Source: Mobula hypostoma (lineage: Eukaryota). From it: 64,000 nt of DNA. The stretch is taken from the NCBI RefSeq assembly GCF_963921235.1, contig NC_086097.1, forward strand, positions 163,868,001-163,932,000, given 5' to 3'. A model generated the notes under the pieces. It was not told the DNA's origin. It worked only from the letters and a program-made list of their open reading frames with translations, and made no database searches. This document shows positions 12,086-25,667 of the stretch, piece after piece; the stretch's first letter is position 1, and every line of letters begins with the position of its first letter. The position numbers and the translations under genes were made by a program.

Positions 12086-13626
12086 GATTAAGATATTGAA
12101 GGCGGCACTGTTGTGCACCTTGTAAAGCCACTAGCTTCCAGCTCCAGTAACCCATATTTGATCCTGGCCTTAGGTGTTGCCTGCGTGGAGAATGTATGTT
12201 CTAACAACCACATAAGATTTACCTTTATGGCCCAATTCCCTCCAATGTCCTAAAAGTGATCAGGTAGATACGTAGGTTAATTGGCTTCTATTAATTAACC
12301 CCCCATGGGGTTAGTTGGAGAATAAAGATCTGTTGTAAGGAAATAAAGGGGTGGATTGAATTGATTGGACTACTCTGTGGGCTGGCAATGGTGGGTTAAA
12401 AGGTTTCATTGCACTTGGAAAAGAATTGTAGGAATTTTCCATCTGCTACCATTGCAAAAGTAGAGCACTGACTAGTCTTTTATTGTGACCAGGGAAGAGA
12501 CCACAAAGAACAGGGTTTTGACCCTGGTTCATTGACAATTTCTCCACACCCCTCCATCCCCCCACCCCAAATAATGCTGCTTAACTCTTTGAGTTCCTCC
12601 AGCACACTGTGTGTTGCTCGAGACTTCAGCTTCTGTCTCCCAGTAATTTGGGAGTTCAGGACCAAAGGTCACAGACTAAGAATAAGGGATAAAGCTTTTT
12701 TAACACTGAGATGAGGAGAAATTTCTGGTCCCACCGAATTGTGAATCTGCAGAATTCTCTACTACAGAAAGGAAACTAAAGCCAAAATCACTAAATATAT
12801 TCAAGGATCAGTTGGATAATTTTCAGTGGACGTGAGGGATCAAGGGATCTGGGGAGAAAGCTGGAAAAAGATGTTGAATTTAGATGATCAGATGTAAACA
12901 CATTGAATGACAGAGCAAGTTTGGAGGACAGATTGCCTTTTTTTCTGTTTTTTTTTATCAGAGTATCTCAATCTCCCAGTTTTACGGGTCACAATGGTCT
13001 GAACCTGTTCTTCTTATAATCCTGTGTTAGCTTATCTGTGATTGGATTGCTTCATCTAATGTAATGTCTGGATTAAGTATCTAGTCTGTGGGGTTGTTTC
13101 TCTATCTCGCCAAAGTATTGCTACAAATGGTTTCTACAAGCACAAGCTGAGGTGTTCTTTAAAATTCCCAACTGGCTGCAGAATATAGTTGGGACATGGT
13201 GTTTTGTTTGGTTCAGTGTGCAGTTAGTTGGTGCTGCAGAGTGATGAACATGGTGAAGTTTCAGCAATACAGAGTACATCAGTCAGCCTTCGAATGCTAA
13301 GTGCAAGTTGTCTGATGTCAGCAATGTGGTAACAGGGAATTATTGCAGAGGAAACACTGCAAGTGCACTTCTTTCCAATGTTTAAATTTTTCTTCTCTCT
13401 TTGGTAGACAGTGTTTTCTATAGAAATGGTTTCACAGCATCCATTATCTTATTTAATGGACTTTCACCAAGCGTGGGCTTCACTTCACCTGTTGGGTCTT
13501 ACATTTGATTTACCCTATGTAAGGAGCATAGGCTACTCTTGAAGCTCCTTGAGATTCTTAAGATCTTTAATGTTTCTCTTTTTCAGGACAGTTTGATCCT
13601 TGCTCTGGAAAGTATCTCATATACAT

Positions 13627-14460
13627 GATCAGAATCAGGTTTATTATCACTGACATACAACTTGTCATGAAATTTGTTGTTTGGCTACAGTACTGTACAA
13701 TAAAACTTGCTATAAGAATTATAAGGAGACAATAAAAAATATAAAAATAAATAAATAGTACAGTTACAGAGCAGCATAGTGAGGTGGTGCTCATGGACTG
13801 TTCAGAAATCTGATGGTGGAGGGGAAGAAGCTGTTCTAAAACTTTGAGTGTGCATCTTCAGATTTCGGCACCTTCTCCCTGTTGGTAGTAATGAGAATAG
13901 GGCACATTCTGGATTACGAGGGTCCTCAATGATGAATACTGCCTTCCTGATGCACTGCCTTTCGAAGGTATCTTCATGGAGCTGGCTGAACCTACAACTT
14001 TCTGCAGCTTTTTTTTTGATCCTGTGCTTTGGAGCCTCCATATCAGTTGGTAATACAACAAATCAGAGTGCCCTTCACAGTACATCTGTAGAAATTTGCA
14101 AGTCTTTGGTGACATACCAAATCTCCTCAAACTCCTAATGAAGTAGAGTTGCCCCAGCGTGCCTTCTTCAGGATTGCATCAACATGTTGGGCCCAGGAAT
14201 GAACTTCTGAGATGAGATGTCCAGGAATTGAAACTGCTCACCCTTTCTGCAGCTGGGATGTCTGACTTCCCCTTCCTGAATCCACAATCACTTCTTGATC
14301 CTACTGATGTTGAGTGCAAGGTTGTCATTGAAATACCACTCAACCAGCTGATCTATCTCACTCTTGTAGGCCTCCGCATCACCATCAGAGATTCTGCCAA
14401 CAACAGTTGTGTCATTGGCAAATTTACAGACAGCATTTGAACTGTGGCTAGCCAGTTAGT
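13627..14460 (-). mobile_element. Rex/Babar-type LINE 3' fragment
   Basis: RRFGMSPKT...; KAVFIIEDPRNPECALFSLLPTGRRCRNLK; short tandem tail ATCAGAATCAG. Confidence 0.75.
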
Positions 14461-15624
14461 GATAGGTATACATTCAAATACTCTGGTATTATATGGTTCC
14501 ATAAATGCTATTGAAATGGCATTCACTCACTGAAGCCATCACTGAGAACCCACTCCATTGGTGCAATGGTGGTTTTAAGTTACTGGACAGATAGTCAGAG
14601 TTCTGGCCATTGAAGCAAAACATGAGTTGAGCTTCTACTATGCCAGCTCATGATTTGAGGTTTTCAAAGCCATTTCCAATGGTCCTTCTGCACTTTGAGT
14701 GATATGGGCCGGAGAATACCAGGAATCAATGTGGATTCTAAAATCTTTCATGAAGGCTTTGAATACATTCCTTCTCATGACACCAGACTTGTCGAGGGAT
14801 TGAGTCTTAAATTACCTAGCATGCTTGAAGGATTTTACGGCTTACTTCTAATTCTGTTTCTCTGAGCGATATATGTAAGTATACAAAAAAACTTGTAGCA
14901 TTTTTATTTCTTTTATTAAGTATTAGTGAGAAGATAAAAGGTGTTTGGGCAGGTTAATTGGAGGCAGGAGGCCATGTGATGGATACTTCCAGAAATATAA
15001 CAAACCAGCATAGCCAATTCATAATGTTTCTGGAAGCACTCTGTGCTGGATCCAAACCTCTAAGGAGTCAATATTATTTTGTTCTCTGGCCTGGAAATGT
15101 AAGTGCTGTCTTTACAAGAACAGTCCCGTTATCTTGAGAATTCTGAGAGCCCTGGGCAATGTCGGAAGCACCTGTCAGTTAATGAGCTTCCACAAGGGCC
15201 CTGTTCAGTTGCTGGAGTGTACAACACAGGCAAGTTTCCTTCTTCAGAGACAGAGCATGATGGAGGAAAACTAGACTTCAGGATACACTTCCAGCACCTA
15301 CTCAATCAGCACTGGAAACAACCCTCTTCCTATTGTAGGGGGAAAGCAAATACATCTATTGTTAATTTGATATAAAACTGGAAAGTGCTGGATATGCAAA
15401 AAGAGTATTAGTTTATATTGCTTTTCTTTTCTCTCACTATAGAATTTTTAATGCCTGATAGCTATTGCTAATTTTTTTTCTCTATCCCCATATTTAAATG
15501 AAATGCATTAAAGGGGGTGCTCAGCATGCGTGCAAGATCAAAGAAAGAGAACAGAAGGCTTTGCCGAATTTTTATTCATTCATGGGATACAGGCATTATT
15601 AGAGGAATACACATGAATTTCCAA

Positions 15625-15725
15625 ATCCTGGTTCTGGGTTTTGACCCCAGATATCGACAATTCATTTCACAGATGCTGCTCAATCCACTGAGTTCCTCCG
15701 GCAGATTGTTTGTTGCTCCAGGTCC
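15625..15725 (+). mobile_element. Degenerate Penelope-like pLTR fragment
   Basis: CACAGATGCTGCTCAATCCACTGAGTTCCTCCGGCAGATTGTTTGTTGCTCCAG. Confidence 0.55.
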
Positions 15726-16229
15726 TTGTGTCCCAATTACTCAGCCCCAATTGCACTTGAATTAAGTAAAGTATTTGAGTGGTTAAGCAACTGGACTAGT
15801 CACCAGAGCTGGGAACTTGAGGTTAAATCTTGCCATTGTATTCAAGCAGTTAAATTAATTAATATGGTGGTTATGATAAATATAATGGGTAAAGTATCCT
15901 TAAAATCCTTCCAGTAAGAAATCTGCCAGCCTTATCCAGTCTGGCTTGTATGTAATCTGCAAACCTACTAATGTGTTTTCACTAACTTGTCATTTAGTTC
16001 ATGGAAATGCTGGAGATGGATGATAAATGCTAACATCACCAGCAATATCCACATTCTTAAAGTGAATGAAAAATACTGGTTTGCTCAAACTTTGTAGAAG
16101 GTAACAAAAAGAAACTAGTATTGATAATAAATTTCAGAATGTTCCAATTTAAGCACAGGAAGCTCCCACAAGGAGTGATGTAAAAGAGCCCTAACAACCT
16201 TTGGAGGAGGGATGAGTATTGGATGGAAC

Positions 16230-16390
16230 ATTAGGACGATCTCCTTGCTCTTTGAAATGGTGCCGTCAGATCTGTGATATCCATCTGAAAGTTCAGTTTA
16301 TCTTCCCATCTGAAAGACAGTATCTCTCTGGGTAGTACTCCCTGGGAGTACCTCCCAGTGGGAATACAAACCTAGAACGTTGTATTCACA
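16230..16390 (-). mobile_element. Deu-domain SINE remnant
   Basis: CTTGCTCTTTGAAATGGTGCC...GATC...CCATCTGAAAG...CATCTGAAAGACAG...GTACTCCCT resembles the reverse complement of the recalled Deu domain. Confidence 0.5.
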
Positions 16391-19300
16391 AATTAAAAGA
16401 TTGTTCAAATATAATGTGATTGTGCAATTGTGATGGTCAACCAGGGATGTGGAGCTGAAACCAGTAATGAGAACAGGCATGAGTTTATAGATTGATGAAG
16501 TAGGGAGTCAAGGACTCTATGGCCCACTCCTGGTCCTAATTCTGGTTTCCCATTTTCTGAAGACTTTGGATTGGGCATTAACCTAGAATGTTATCACCCA
16601 TAAATGTGAATACCATCCACTGAGTTCAATTTTGCAGACTAACGGTGTAAATTTCCTTCCGTTCAACCATAGCTGGCATTTTTTCTTAACCCTATTCTCT
16701 TGCCTTCTGCTCGTAACCCTTAACCCCCTTACCAATCACGGAAGTGTCAATCTTTACCTTAAGTGTACCCAATGATTTGCCTCCACAGCCCCCTGTGGAA
16801 ATGAATTCCACAGATTCACCAACCTCTAGCTGAAGAAGTTCCTCCTTATCTGGACATCCCCAGTTCTAAAAGGACGTCCTTTTATTCTGAGGCTGTGCCC
16901 TGGAATATATTAAATCAGGTTGGATGAAGTTGAGGAGGCTTGTATGAGGCACAAACTAGTTGGGCTGAATGCCCTGTTGTTATGCTGCATCCTTTTCTGA
17001 ACCACTTCTTATCTTTCATCACCCTTTGACAAGAAGCTGATATGATCCTGCTTATAATTACAATGCAGACTTTTTGCTAATAGCTCTGGATTTTGCTAGA
17101 TTTACAGCCATGTCAAACCTCAGCACCTGGTAATAATAAAAACAATTATAATTCTGGACTAACAAGAAGCAGCAGACTGGAAAATAGACATTAAACAATT
17201 GGGGAAGCATGTGCTAAATCATGGCTAGAATGAAGGCATGTGGCAGATAAAGGAACAGAGATAATATGTCAAAATAATCCAACTTAACAATGTTGTATCA
17301 TTAACAAAAATTATTGGAAAAACTTACTAAAGATGAAATAATGTAAAATAGGATGAGGAAAATAGAGGAATAGAATAGGACGTAGCTGCATTTGGATTTT
17401 ACAAGTGCAATCCATGCAGAAAAGGATGGTCTTGAGCAGCAGAATCTGCAGTGAAATGGTTACTTTGAAATTGCTGTTGATTATTAGGAGAGAACAGAAG
17501 ACTATCAAGCCCCACGAGATGCAGATTTCATCAGGAAGTGGAAAGCCAAGCAAACAGAGACTGGGGTGGGGTAGGATTGCTTGGAATGACAAGGAATTTA
17601 GAAATAATCTCCTGGAAATAACCCAGGAGCAAGATCATACAGAAATCAAACCAGATTGTGCTCGAGTGGCCTGCACCTCGAGTTCATTCCTCCTGCATAT
17701 TGCTGCAATCATATTTATCCTCTTGCTGCCACCGGCTCGCGAAGACCTTGAGGCCTCACTGCCATGGCAACGGCAGAGATGAGAGCTCTCTGAGTGGCAT
17801 TTAGGCCCCAGGCAACAGATGCAGACCCCTGGCCCAGAGATGCAGATAATTTTTTGATAGCTCACCTGCAAAACACCATTTTAACAGTCACCAAAAATGT
17901 CTGATAACAGGCATTTGAAAGCAATTGAAATACAATTAAAATAATTTAAAAGAATTGAAATTATTTTGATTTAAATGTTAAATTTAATTAGTAATTCATT
18001 TTATTATAAATTAATCAAAGACAATTTTAATTAAACCAAATAAACAAACAACTTATCTTCATTTACCTTCAAATTGACTCAGTGACCATGATGTAATGAG
18101 TTTGGCTTTTCTGGATAGGCTTGCCATAGCTAGGCATAATGCTGACATATGCCCATTAAGGCTACCCTGGCATTCAGTGTAATCATGGCTGATCTAAGCT
18201 GGTCTCCCTTCCTCTTCTGTGCCATTTTCCCCTATCCCTCAATTCCTCGATTTTTGAAATACTTGTTTATCTCCACCTTGAATATATCAAATGATCTGGT
18301 CTCCACCACCTTTAGAAGTAGAGAATTCCAAAGATTCACTACTTGGATACCTATTTTTAGCTAAATACAGGGGTGATGAACAAGATCAGAAATCACTCAA
18401 GAACCCTCAGCTGAGAGGTATGAGTCAGCCATGTTGCTCTTGGACTGTTCACACAGTGAGAATGCACAGTGTTTATATAGAGTTAGATAAAGTGGAGCTG
18501 AAGTTTAGTGCCCAGCACAAATAACAGCACAGACTAATTGGACTGAATAGCTTGTTATTGTAAACCATTTCCTTATCTTTCATCACATTTTGTAAAGGAG
18601 CTGATACAATTCTTTAGGGATCCCTGCTAATAATTATGATTAAGACATTTTCCTAATAGCTATGGATTCTGTTAGAAGTGCGGAGTGCGTTGATCTGTGA
18701 GGAGCAATTAGCTGAGAGTTCTCTTCTAAACTGTGGGCAAGTGCTTCAGGCCACTGAAGAAAATTGTGTGTATTTTCTTTGTACATTTTATTTAATAGTT
18801 AAAGTTGGATGCAAAGCTACTTTACTGGATAGCTGTTGGAGGTGATGCAACGATTGCTCTGTAGGATCACATGCCACAGAAACAGGGCTTTCACCCCAAT
18901 GAGTCCATGGTATTTATGCTTTTGAGCTTCCTCCAAGTTTTTCTTCATCCAGGTCTATCAGTGAGTTCCTCTATTCCCTTATTCCCCACTTGATCATCCA
19001 CTGTCCCCTTAAATCAATCCAAATGATTCCCTTCAAGTTTCATAGTTCCAGTGTCCTTTTGGTGGAGAAGTTCTGTGTGAATTCCCTGTCTTACAACATT
19101 GGCCTCCAGTTATGCTCTTCAATACAAGAGGAAATATGCTCTCTATGTTCATTCTATCAATGCTTCAAAGACTTCTGTGTAATCCTATGTGATACATATC
19201 TATCAGGTCACCATCTGACCTTTTATTTTAAGAAAAAAAGAGACCATGACTGTTCATCCAGAAGAAACTCAAACCAGAGTTGGAAACCCTAAGATAATGA

Positions 19301-20517
19301 AACCCTAGATGAAAGTGGAAAGTCCAGCAGAGGTTAATAAAACTGAGGAAATAAGGCAAGAGGTGTTGGGAAGGAAACAACAATAGATGTATATAGTGCC
19401 AAGGTCATTGGTACAGGGGTTACACCTGATTCAAATTCTAGGTAAATAACACTAACCAGGAACTTTGCTCCGAAAGTGACATTCCCTTTGAGGCCTTGGC
19501 TTTGCTCAGGATTATGCAAATGAACCTTGGTAGTTCAACAACAGATATATTTTTCGATCACAACACTGTATACGTGGCAATATGTACAGAGCAGTGTGTA
19601 TAGCGGCGGGGTGTACTCTGACTGCATGTATAGTGGCAGTATGTAGAGCAACAGTGGGTACTACTCATCCTACATTGCAATAAAGGGGTCCACTGCAGTA
19701 AAGAGAGGAAAAACTTTTCATTTACTGAAGGTTTGTGACAATAACTTTAACTGCTTTTTTATATACCAACCAATTTGCATATAGTGTGTCTTGCATCAGT
19801 TTCCAATTTGCTCAGCCCAGACCCATGTTATTTAAAATGAATTTTGGAAGATCCAATCATGTTTGTTCTGGACACAGACCCATCCCATAAGTCCCATTCA
19901 TTATTTCACTGCAGATGGCATCAATCTGTCGGCCCAGATGAAATGGAAGAGGGTAGGATGCTCCTCCAGATTTTGAGCTAAGGTATTTCATTATAGATGA
20001 TTACGCTGACCTGAATGTGTTGCAATCTGATCTCCCAACATTATTAACTTCGTTTGTACACTGTGGATTTATCTGGTCTACTCCACAATTTTATGGACTT
20101 ACTCAGAGGCATTGTAAATTGTTCAGTCTATTATTGGATCCCACCTTTCCTGTTTGCTAGTTAAATTGATGTTCATTACAGCCACCTCAATATACAAATA
20201 GAAGCAGGAATAAATCATTCAGCCCCTCCATTTAATGAGATCATAGCTGATGTTCTAATTCAAGACCATTTTCCTGCAGTGGCCTCAAACCCTTCGACCC
20301 CACGTTCAAAATGTAATCAAGCTATGTTTTGAATGTGCTTCCATGCCCCTCTTTGTAATGGATTCCAAAGAAGCACCATTCTCTGAGAATTTCTTCTCAC
20401 TGAATTTAAAGGCTGACCCCTTATTTTGATAGTAAGACTCCTGATTCTATACACTCAACACAGGAAAACATTATCGCTGTATTTACCCAACAAGTTGTTA
20501 AGAAATGTCCACATTTC

Positions 20518-21300
20518 GAACATAGCACATAGAACGGTGTAGGCCCTTCAGAACATGATGTTGTGTGACCATTTAGTCCACTCCAAGATCAATGCATCAC
20601 TTCCCTCCCACGTAGTCCCTCATTTCCTTTCATCCATGTGCCTGTCTCTGCTTCTACCCCCCACCCCAGGAACATATTCCACTCACCGTGTAAAAAAAAT
20701 ACCTCTGCCATCCCCTTATACTTTTTTCCAGTCACCTTAAAATTAAGCCCTCTTGTTTTAGCAATTTGTGCCCTTGGGGAAAAGGTGCTGTCTGTCCATT
20801 CTATATATGCCTCTTATCATCTTATACACCTCTATCTGCTCAAAGAGAAATGTTCTAACCTGCTCAACTTTTCTTCATAAGACATGCTCTGTAATCTAGG
20901 CAACATCCTGGTAAATCTCCTCTGCATCCTCTCTAAAACTTTCAAAGTTCAAAGTAAATTTTATTATCAAAGTACATATATGTCACCATATACAACCCTG
21001 AGATTCATATTCTTGTGAGCATACTCAGCAAATATAGTTACTATTACAGGATCAATGAAAGATCAACCAGAGTGCAGAAGACAACAAAATGTGCAAATGC
21101 AAATATTAATAAATAGCAATAAAGAGAATATGAAATAATGAGATAAAGAGTCCTTGAAAGTGAGATAATTGGTTGTGGGAACATTTCGATGATGGGGCAA
21201 GTGAAATTAAGTTTGGTTATTCCCTTTTGTTCAAGAGCCTGACAGTTGAGTGGTAGTAACTGTTCTTGAACGTGCTGGTGTGAGTCCTGAGATTCTTGTA
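20518..21300 (-). mobile_element. Adjacent CR1 3' fragment (about 20518-20940) and Rex-type LINE 3' end (about 20941-21300)
   Basis: CR1-type CATAGAAC...GGCCCTTCAG tail and coding remnant; TTCAAAGTTCAAAGTAAATTTTATTATC tandem tail. Confidence 0.6.
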
Positions 21301-23072
21301 ATATGGAGAGGAATAATAGTCAATGTTTCCTTCTTAATTAAGCCATTCATAAATATTAGATTGCAGCATTATTTCCGAGTATCTCAAATAATGGGGTTAT
21401 TTTTTCTACCTTTCAATCTTTTGCAACCATTCTTGCATCTGTAGAATTCTGGAAGGTTACAACCAGTCTGTTAACTATCTCCATAGTCACATCTTTCAGA
21501 ATGTAGGGATGCAAGTCATCGGGTACTGTGGGTTTAGTCTAATCAATTACTCCAATCTTTTTTATTTCCTGAGGCTAGTTTCAGCTCCTTATTCACTTCA
21601 GTCATCTTTAACAAAGACAGACAAAATATTTATCTAATTTCTCCATCATATCTTCATTCCCCAATTTTGTTTCTCCTGCCTCATTCTGCAAGTGAGTCAG
21701 AGTAAATTTTACTCATCTTTTCCATTTAAAACAACCATAAAGTGTTAAAAAAAATTTAATTTTCTCACTCAATTATTATTGTATTTTGTCTTTCCTCCTC
21801 TTCATAATTTCTTGATTCTCCTTTGCTGTGTTTTGAATTAATACCAGTCCTTAGGCTTTCTGTTCTTTTTGTTAATGTTATCAGCCTTTTCTTTGATCTA
21901 ATGCTGTCACTAACTTCTCTTGCTAGCCACAGGGAACCACTACTCTTGCTGGGTTTTTGCCTAACCTGTTTAGAGTCATAGAGTCAATGAGTTACATTCC
22001 TCATTGTGTTTGTGCTGACCATCAAGGACCCGTTTACACTGATTCTACTGCTCACTAACACACTGCAGGCATTTTACATTGTTTGGTTAACCTAATCTGG
22101 CACATTCTCAGGATGTGGAAGGAAAACAGAACACCCAGAGAAAATGCACGCATCCTCAGGGAGATTGTGCAACTTTCATACAGACTGTACTGGAGGTCAG
22201 ATATAATCTGTTGTTTACGCTAATAGCTGCACTACCGTACCTCTAATGAACTATGTATTTATTTTTTAAATGTTAACCATTGCTCATTTACTGTCATACC
22301 TTTTTGGAAAGTTTAGGGGACTGTCATTTAAAACTGAAGGTGTGTAAGAACTTCTTCTTGCAAAACCTCTGGAGTTGTCTGGAATTATATACCCAAGGAG
22401 GGCTGTGGAAGCTGAATCTTTGGGACTGTTTAAAGAGGAATGAGGTACATTTCTGAAAGATCATTGAAATGTAGGACACAGGGAATGGCCATAGAGGTGG
22501 AGATAAGGCCCATGACACATCAGCCATGATCATGTTGAGTACTAAAATGAACTTAAGTTTACTCATGCTCCTGTTCACTAAATTTCTTCCAGTGTTTCCC
22601 AGTCTACCATGGCTGACTCACACCTTACACCTCCACTCCAGTGCAGTATCTGTGAAAAACAGTTAAATATATATCATTTTTCATAAATTCTGTTGAATTT
22701 ATTTATTTTCCTGTAAACACCTGCAAGAAAATATAGTATATTGTAGGTAGTATATTGTAACTTATACATATCTTGATAATAAAAACGCTTCGACTTTGAC
22801 TGTCTGTAAGACTCCAAATGATTAACTGAAGTGATTAGGATTTTATTCATACCCACCCCCACCTCCCATCCATTTAAGAGGCTTTTAGGGAGCCACACGA
22901 ATGTGCAGAGAACAGAGTAATATGGAGATTGGGTAAGCAGAAGTGATCAACTTAGTTAGCATTTTCATTAACGCAAACAACAGGAATTCTGCAGATGCTG
23001 GAAATTCAAGCAACACACATCAAAGTTGCTGGTGAACACAGCAGGCCAGGCAGCATCTCTAGGAAGAGGTAC

Positions 23073-23108
23073 AGTCGACGTTTCAAGCCGAGACCCTTCG
23101 TCAGGACT
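23073..23108 (-). ncRNA. Minimal type I hammerhead ribozyme motif
   Basis: Reverse complement AGTCCTGACGAAGGGTCTCGGCTTGAAACGTCGACT; G-U wobble in stem II. Confidence 0.78.
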
Positions 23109-23634
23109 AACTGAAGGAAGAGTTAGTAAGAGATTTGAAAGTGAGAGGGGGAGGGGGAGATCCAAAATGATAGGAGAAGACAGGAGGAGGAGGGATGGAG
23201 CCAAGAGCTGGACAGGTGATTGGCAAAAGGGATAAGAGAGGATCATGGGTCAGGAGGTCTGGGGAGAAAGATGGGGGGGGTGGACCAGAGGATGGGCAAG
23301 GGGTATAGTCAGAGGGCCCGAGGGAGAAAAAGGAGAGTGAGAGAGAGATGCCCCACCTCCCCCTCGTACCCTATCTGTTAATTATTTTTATACACACATT
23401 CTTTCTCTCACTCTCCTTTTTCTCCCTCTGTCCCTCTGACTATACCCCTTACCCATCCTCTGGTTCCCCCCCGCTTGTCTTTCTCCCCAGACCTCCTGTC
23501 CCATGATCCTGTCATATCCCCTTTGCCAATCACCTGTCCAGCTCTTGGCTCCATCCCTCCCCCTCCTGTCCTCTCCTATCATTTTGGATCTCCCCCTCTC
23601 ACTTTCAAATCTCTTACTAACTCTTCCTTCAGTT

Positions 23635-23670
23635 AGTCCTGACGAAGGGTCTCGGCCTGAAACGTCGACT
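23635..23670 (+). ncRNA. Minimal type I hammerhead ribozyme motif
   Basis: AGTC-CTGACGA-AGG(GTCTCGG)CCT-GAAAC-GTC-GACT: intact CUGANGA and GAAA core, stem I AGTC/GACT, stem II, palindromic ACGU stem III, GUC cleavage triplet. Confidence 0.8.
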
Positions 23671-24454
23671 CTACCTCTTCCTAGAGATGCTGCCTGGCCT
23701 GCTGCGTTCACCAGCAACTTTGATGTGTGTTGCTAGCATTTTCATTTCCGATTTAATTAAGCTACACAGCATCATGGGCCAAAGGGCCTGCTCCTGTGTT
23801 GTGTTGTTCTACATTCACACATTGCTCTGCATCTTCAAATGTTTGATCATTTCTAACTATAGGAGTCATGTATCTATTTTCTGTCTGTCTGTGTTGTGTG
23901 TTTATTATGGAAATTTGTCATGTGGGTTGGGGTGTGATAGGAGTGAAGAATACAGTTACATATTCATGCTTTGTCTTTAGTTTGGATAGAGTTGGAGGTA
24001 GCTGCAAATGATATTTTTTCCTGACCATTTAAGACCTTTTAAGTACGCTTCACTTTGCTTGGTTATGATTTGCTCCATTTATCATTTTTAAATATGTTTA
24101 AAAATGCATGGCTTAAGTACATTTGAATGCACCTAGACTGTTTATTTTGTGATATCACTAGTTTAGTTTCATTATTTTTATCATTACCAGATAGTTCATC
24201 TTTGCTGGTTTCTCAATAAAGGATCAATGTACTTCCTTCGACTTTAGAATTTTGTTATCATGGAAAGTGCATCATACAGTGTCAACGCCCCTGCTTTGCC
24301 TTTGAACGGTTTTAGTTAGTTTTAAAGTAACCACTACATTAAACTTTGTAGTTTCCAACAACATGAGGCAATAAGTTTTTTTCTTGGGGAGGGACAACCT
24401 TTGCCCAACAGTTATGCAGTGCCAATGAATCAGAATGTAATTCTAAAACCGCCC

Positions 24455-24975
24455 ACCAGTGTGAGCAATTCTGCACCCCTTATCTAAGAAAGGTTGGCAT
24501 TAGAGAGGGTCCAGAGGAGGTTCATGAAAATAATCTTGGGAATGAAGGATTAATATATGAGGCGTGTATGATGACTTTGGGCCTGTACTGGTGGAGTTTA
24601 GAAGAATTGGGGGGGAGGGGCCTCATTGAAACATATCAAATATTGAAGGGCCTAGATCAAATGAACATGGAGAAGATATTTCCTATAGTGGGGGAGCCTA
24701 GGACCAGAGGGCACAGCCTCAGAATACAAGGATGTCCCTTTGGAACAGAAATGAGGAGGGATTGCTTTAGTCAGAATGTGGTGAATCTGTGGAATTCTTT
24801 GCCACAGATTGCTGTCGAGGCAAGTCATTGGTTCTTCATTCGTAAGTGCATTGAATATTATGGGCAGAAGGCAGGAGAATGCGGTTGAGAGGGAAAATGA
24901 ATCTTCCATGATTGAATGGTGGAGCAGACTCAATGGGCCGAATGGCCTAATTCTTCTCTTGTGGTTTATGTTATT
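24455..24975 (+). mobile_element. CR1 LINE 3' fragment
   Basis: LIETYQILKGLD...TRGHSLRIQG...VVNLWNSLPQ plus GGGCCGAATGGCCTAATTC 3' UTR. Confidence 0.85.
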
Positions 24976-25667
24976 ACCCTGCTCAGTATTATTTCTGGCC
25001 TGTATTTGACCTCAGCATTTACATCATTCTAACGAAATGCTGGATGATTATCAAAAACTGATCAAAGACTTGGTAGTTTCTGCCATGCTTTTTACATTTT
25101 TGGAACTGTAACATGGCAGATAGATAATCAGATGCCTGATCGTAACTAAATTGAACTTTCCGTAAATCAGACTCTGCAAGGTGAAAGTCTCACGATGATT
25201 TCCATCTTGTTTATTATGCCACGAGCCTAGATTTGACTTTTTTTAAATGTTATTCTTGATGACATCATATTTCATGGTTCCCAGCATAGCAGCCTTAAAT
25301 TATAATTGCAGTGTGCAATATTTAAAGGTACCAGATTAACATTGGCAACAACTTAATCTCCATTCATTAGCAGAATTAACTTCCAATGAAGGATAAGAGA
25401 GTTATTTACAAAACTGCATTTGAACCTCTATCTCCTTAAGTTCAGGGACTGGCAATGAGACGATCCTTTCTCTGCTTCCGCTGATTGGGTGAAAAAGAAA
25501 TATATATTTGATGGTCTGCAGTGGTTCAGGAAGGCTCACCATCTCTACAGGAATCTTTGGGATAATCAACAAATGCTGGCTTTGCGACTAACATCTACAT
25601 CCTGTAAAGGAATAATGTAAAACACTGACCAAAATCTCTTCCCTCAGAATACCTCTAATAAGGCCAA

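Larger units (their letters stand above)
22970..23733. mobile_element. Inverted Penelope-like pLTR pair
   Basis: About 335-bp inverted arms; 13-bp TSD TAGCATTTTCATT at 22957-22969 and 23734-23746; inserted in a CR1 3' tail. Confidence 0.9.

Noticed and set aside
17920..18060. Very AT-rich tract
   Set aside because: Low complexity with no clear terminal repeats or periodicity.
22968..23736. Mirror-image ORFs (MILSYP.../MLVN.AGQAAS...)
   Set aside because: Artefact of the inverted repeat.
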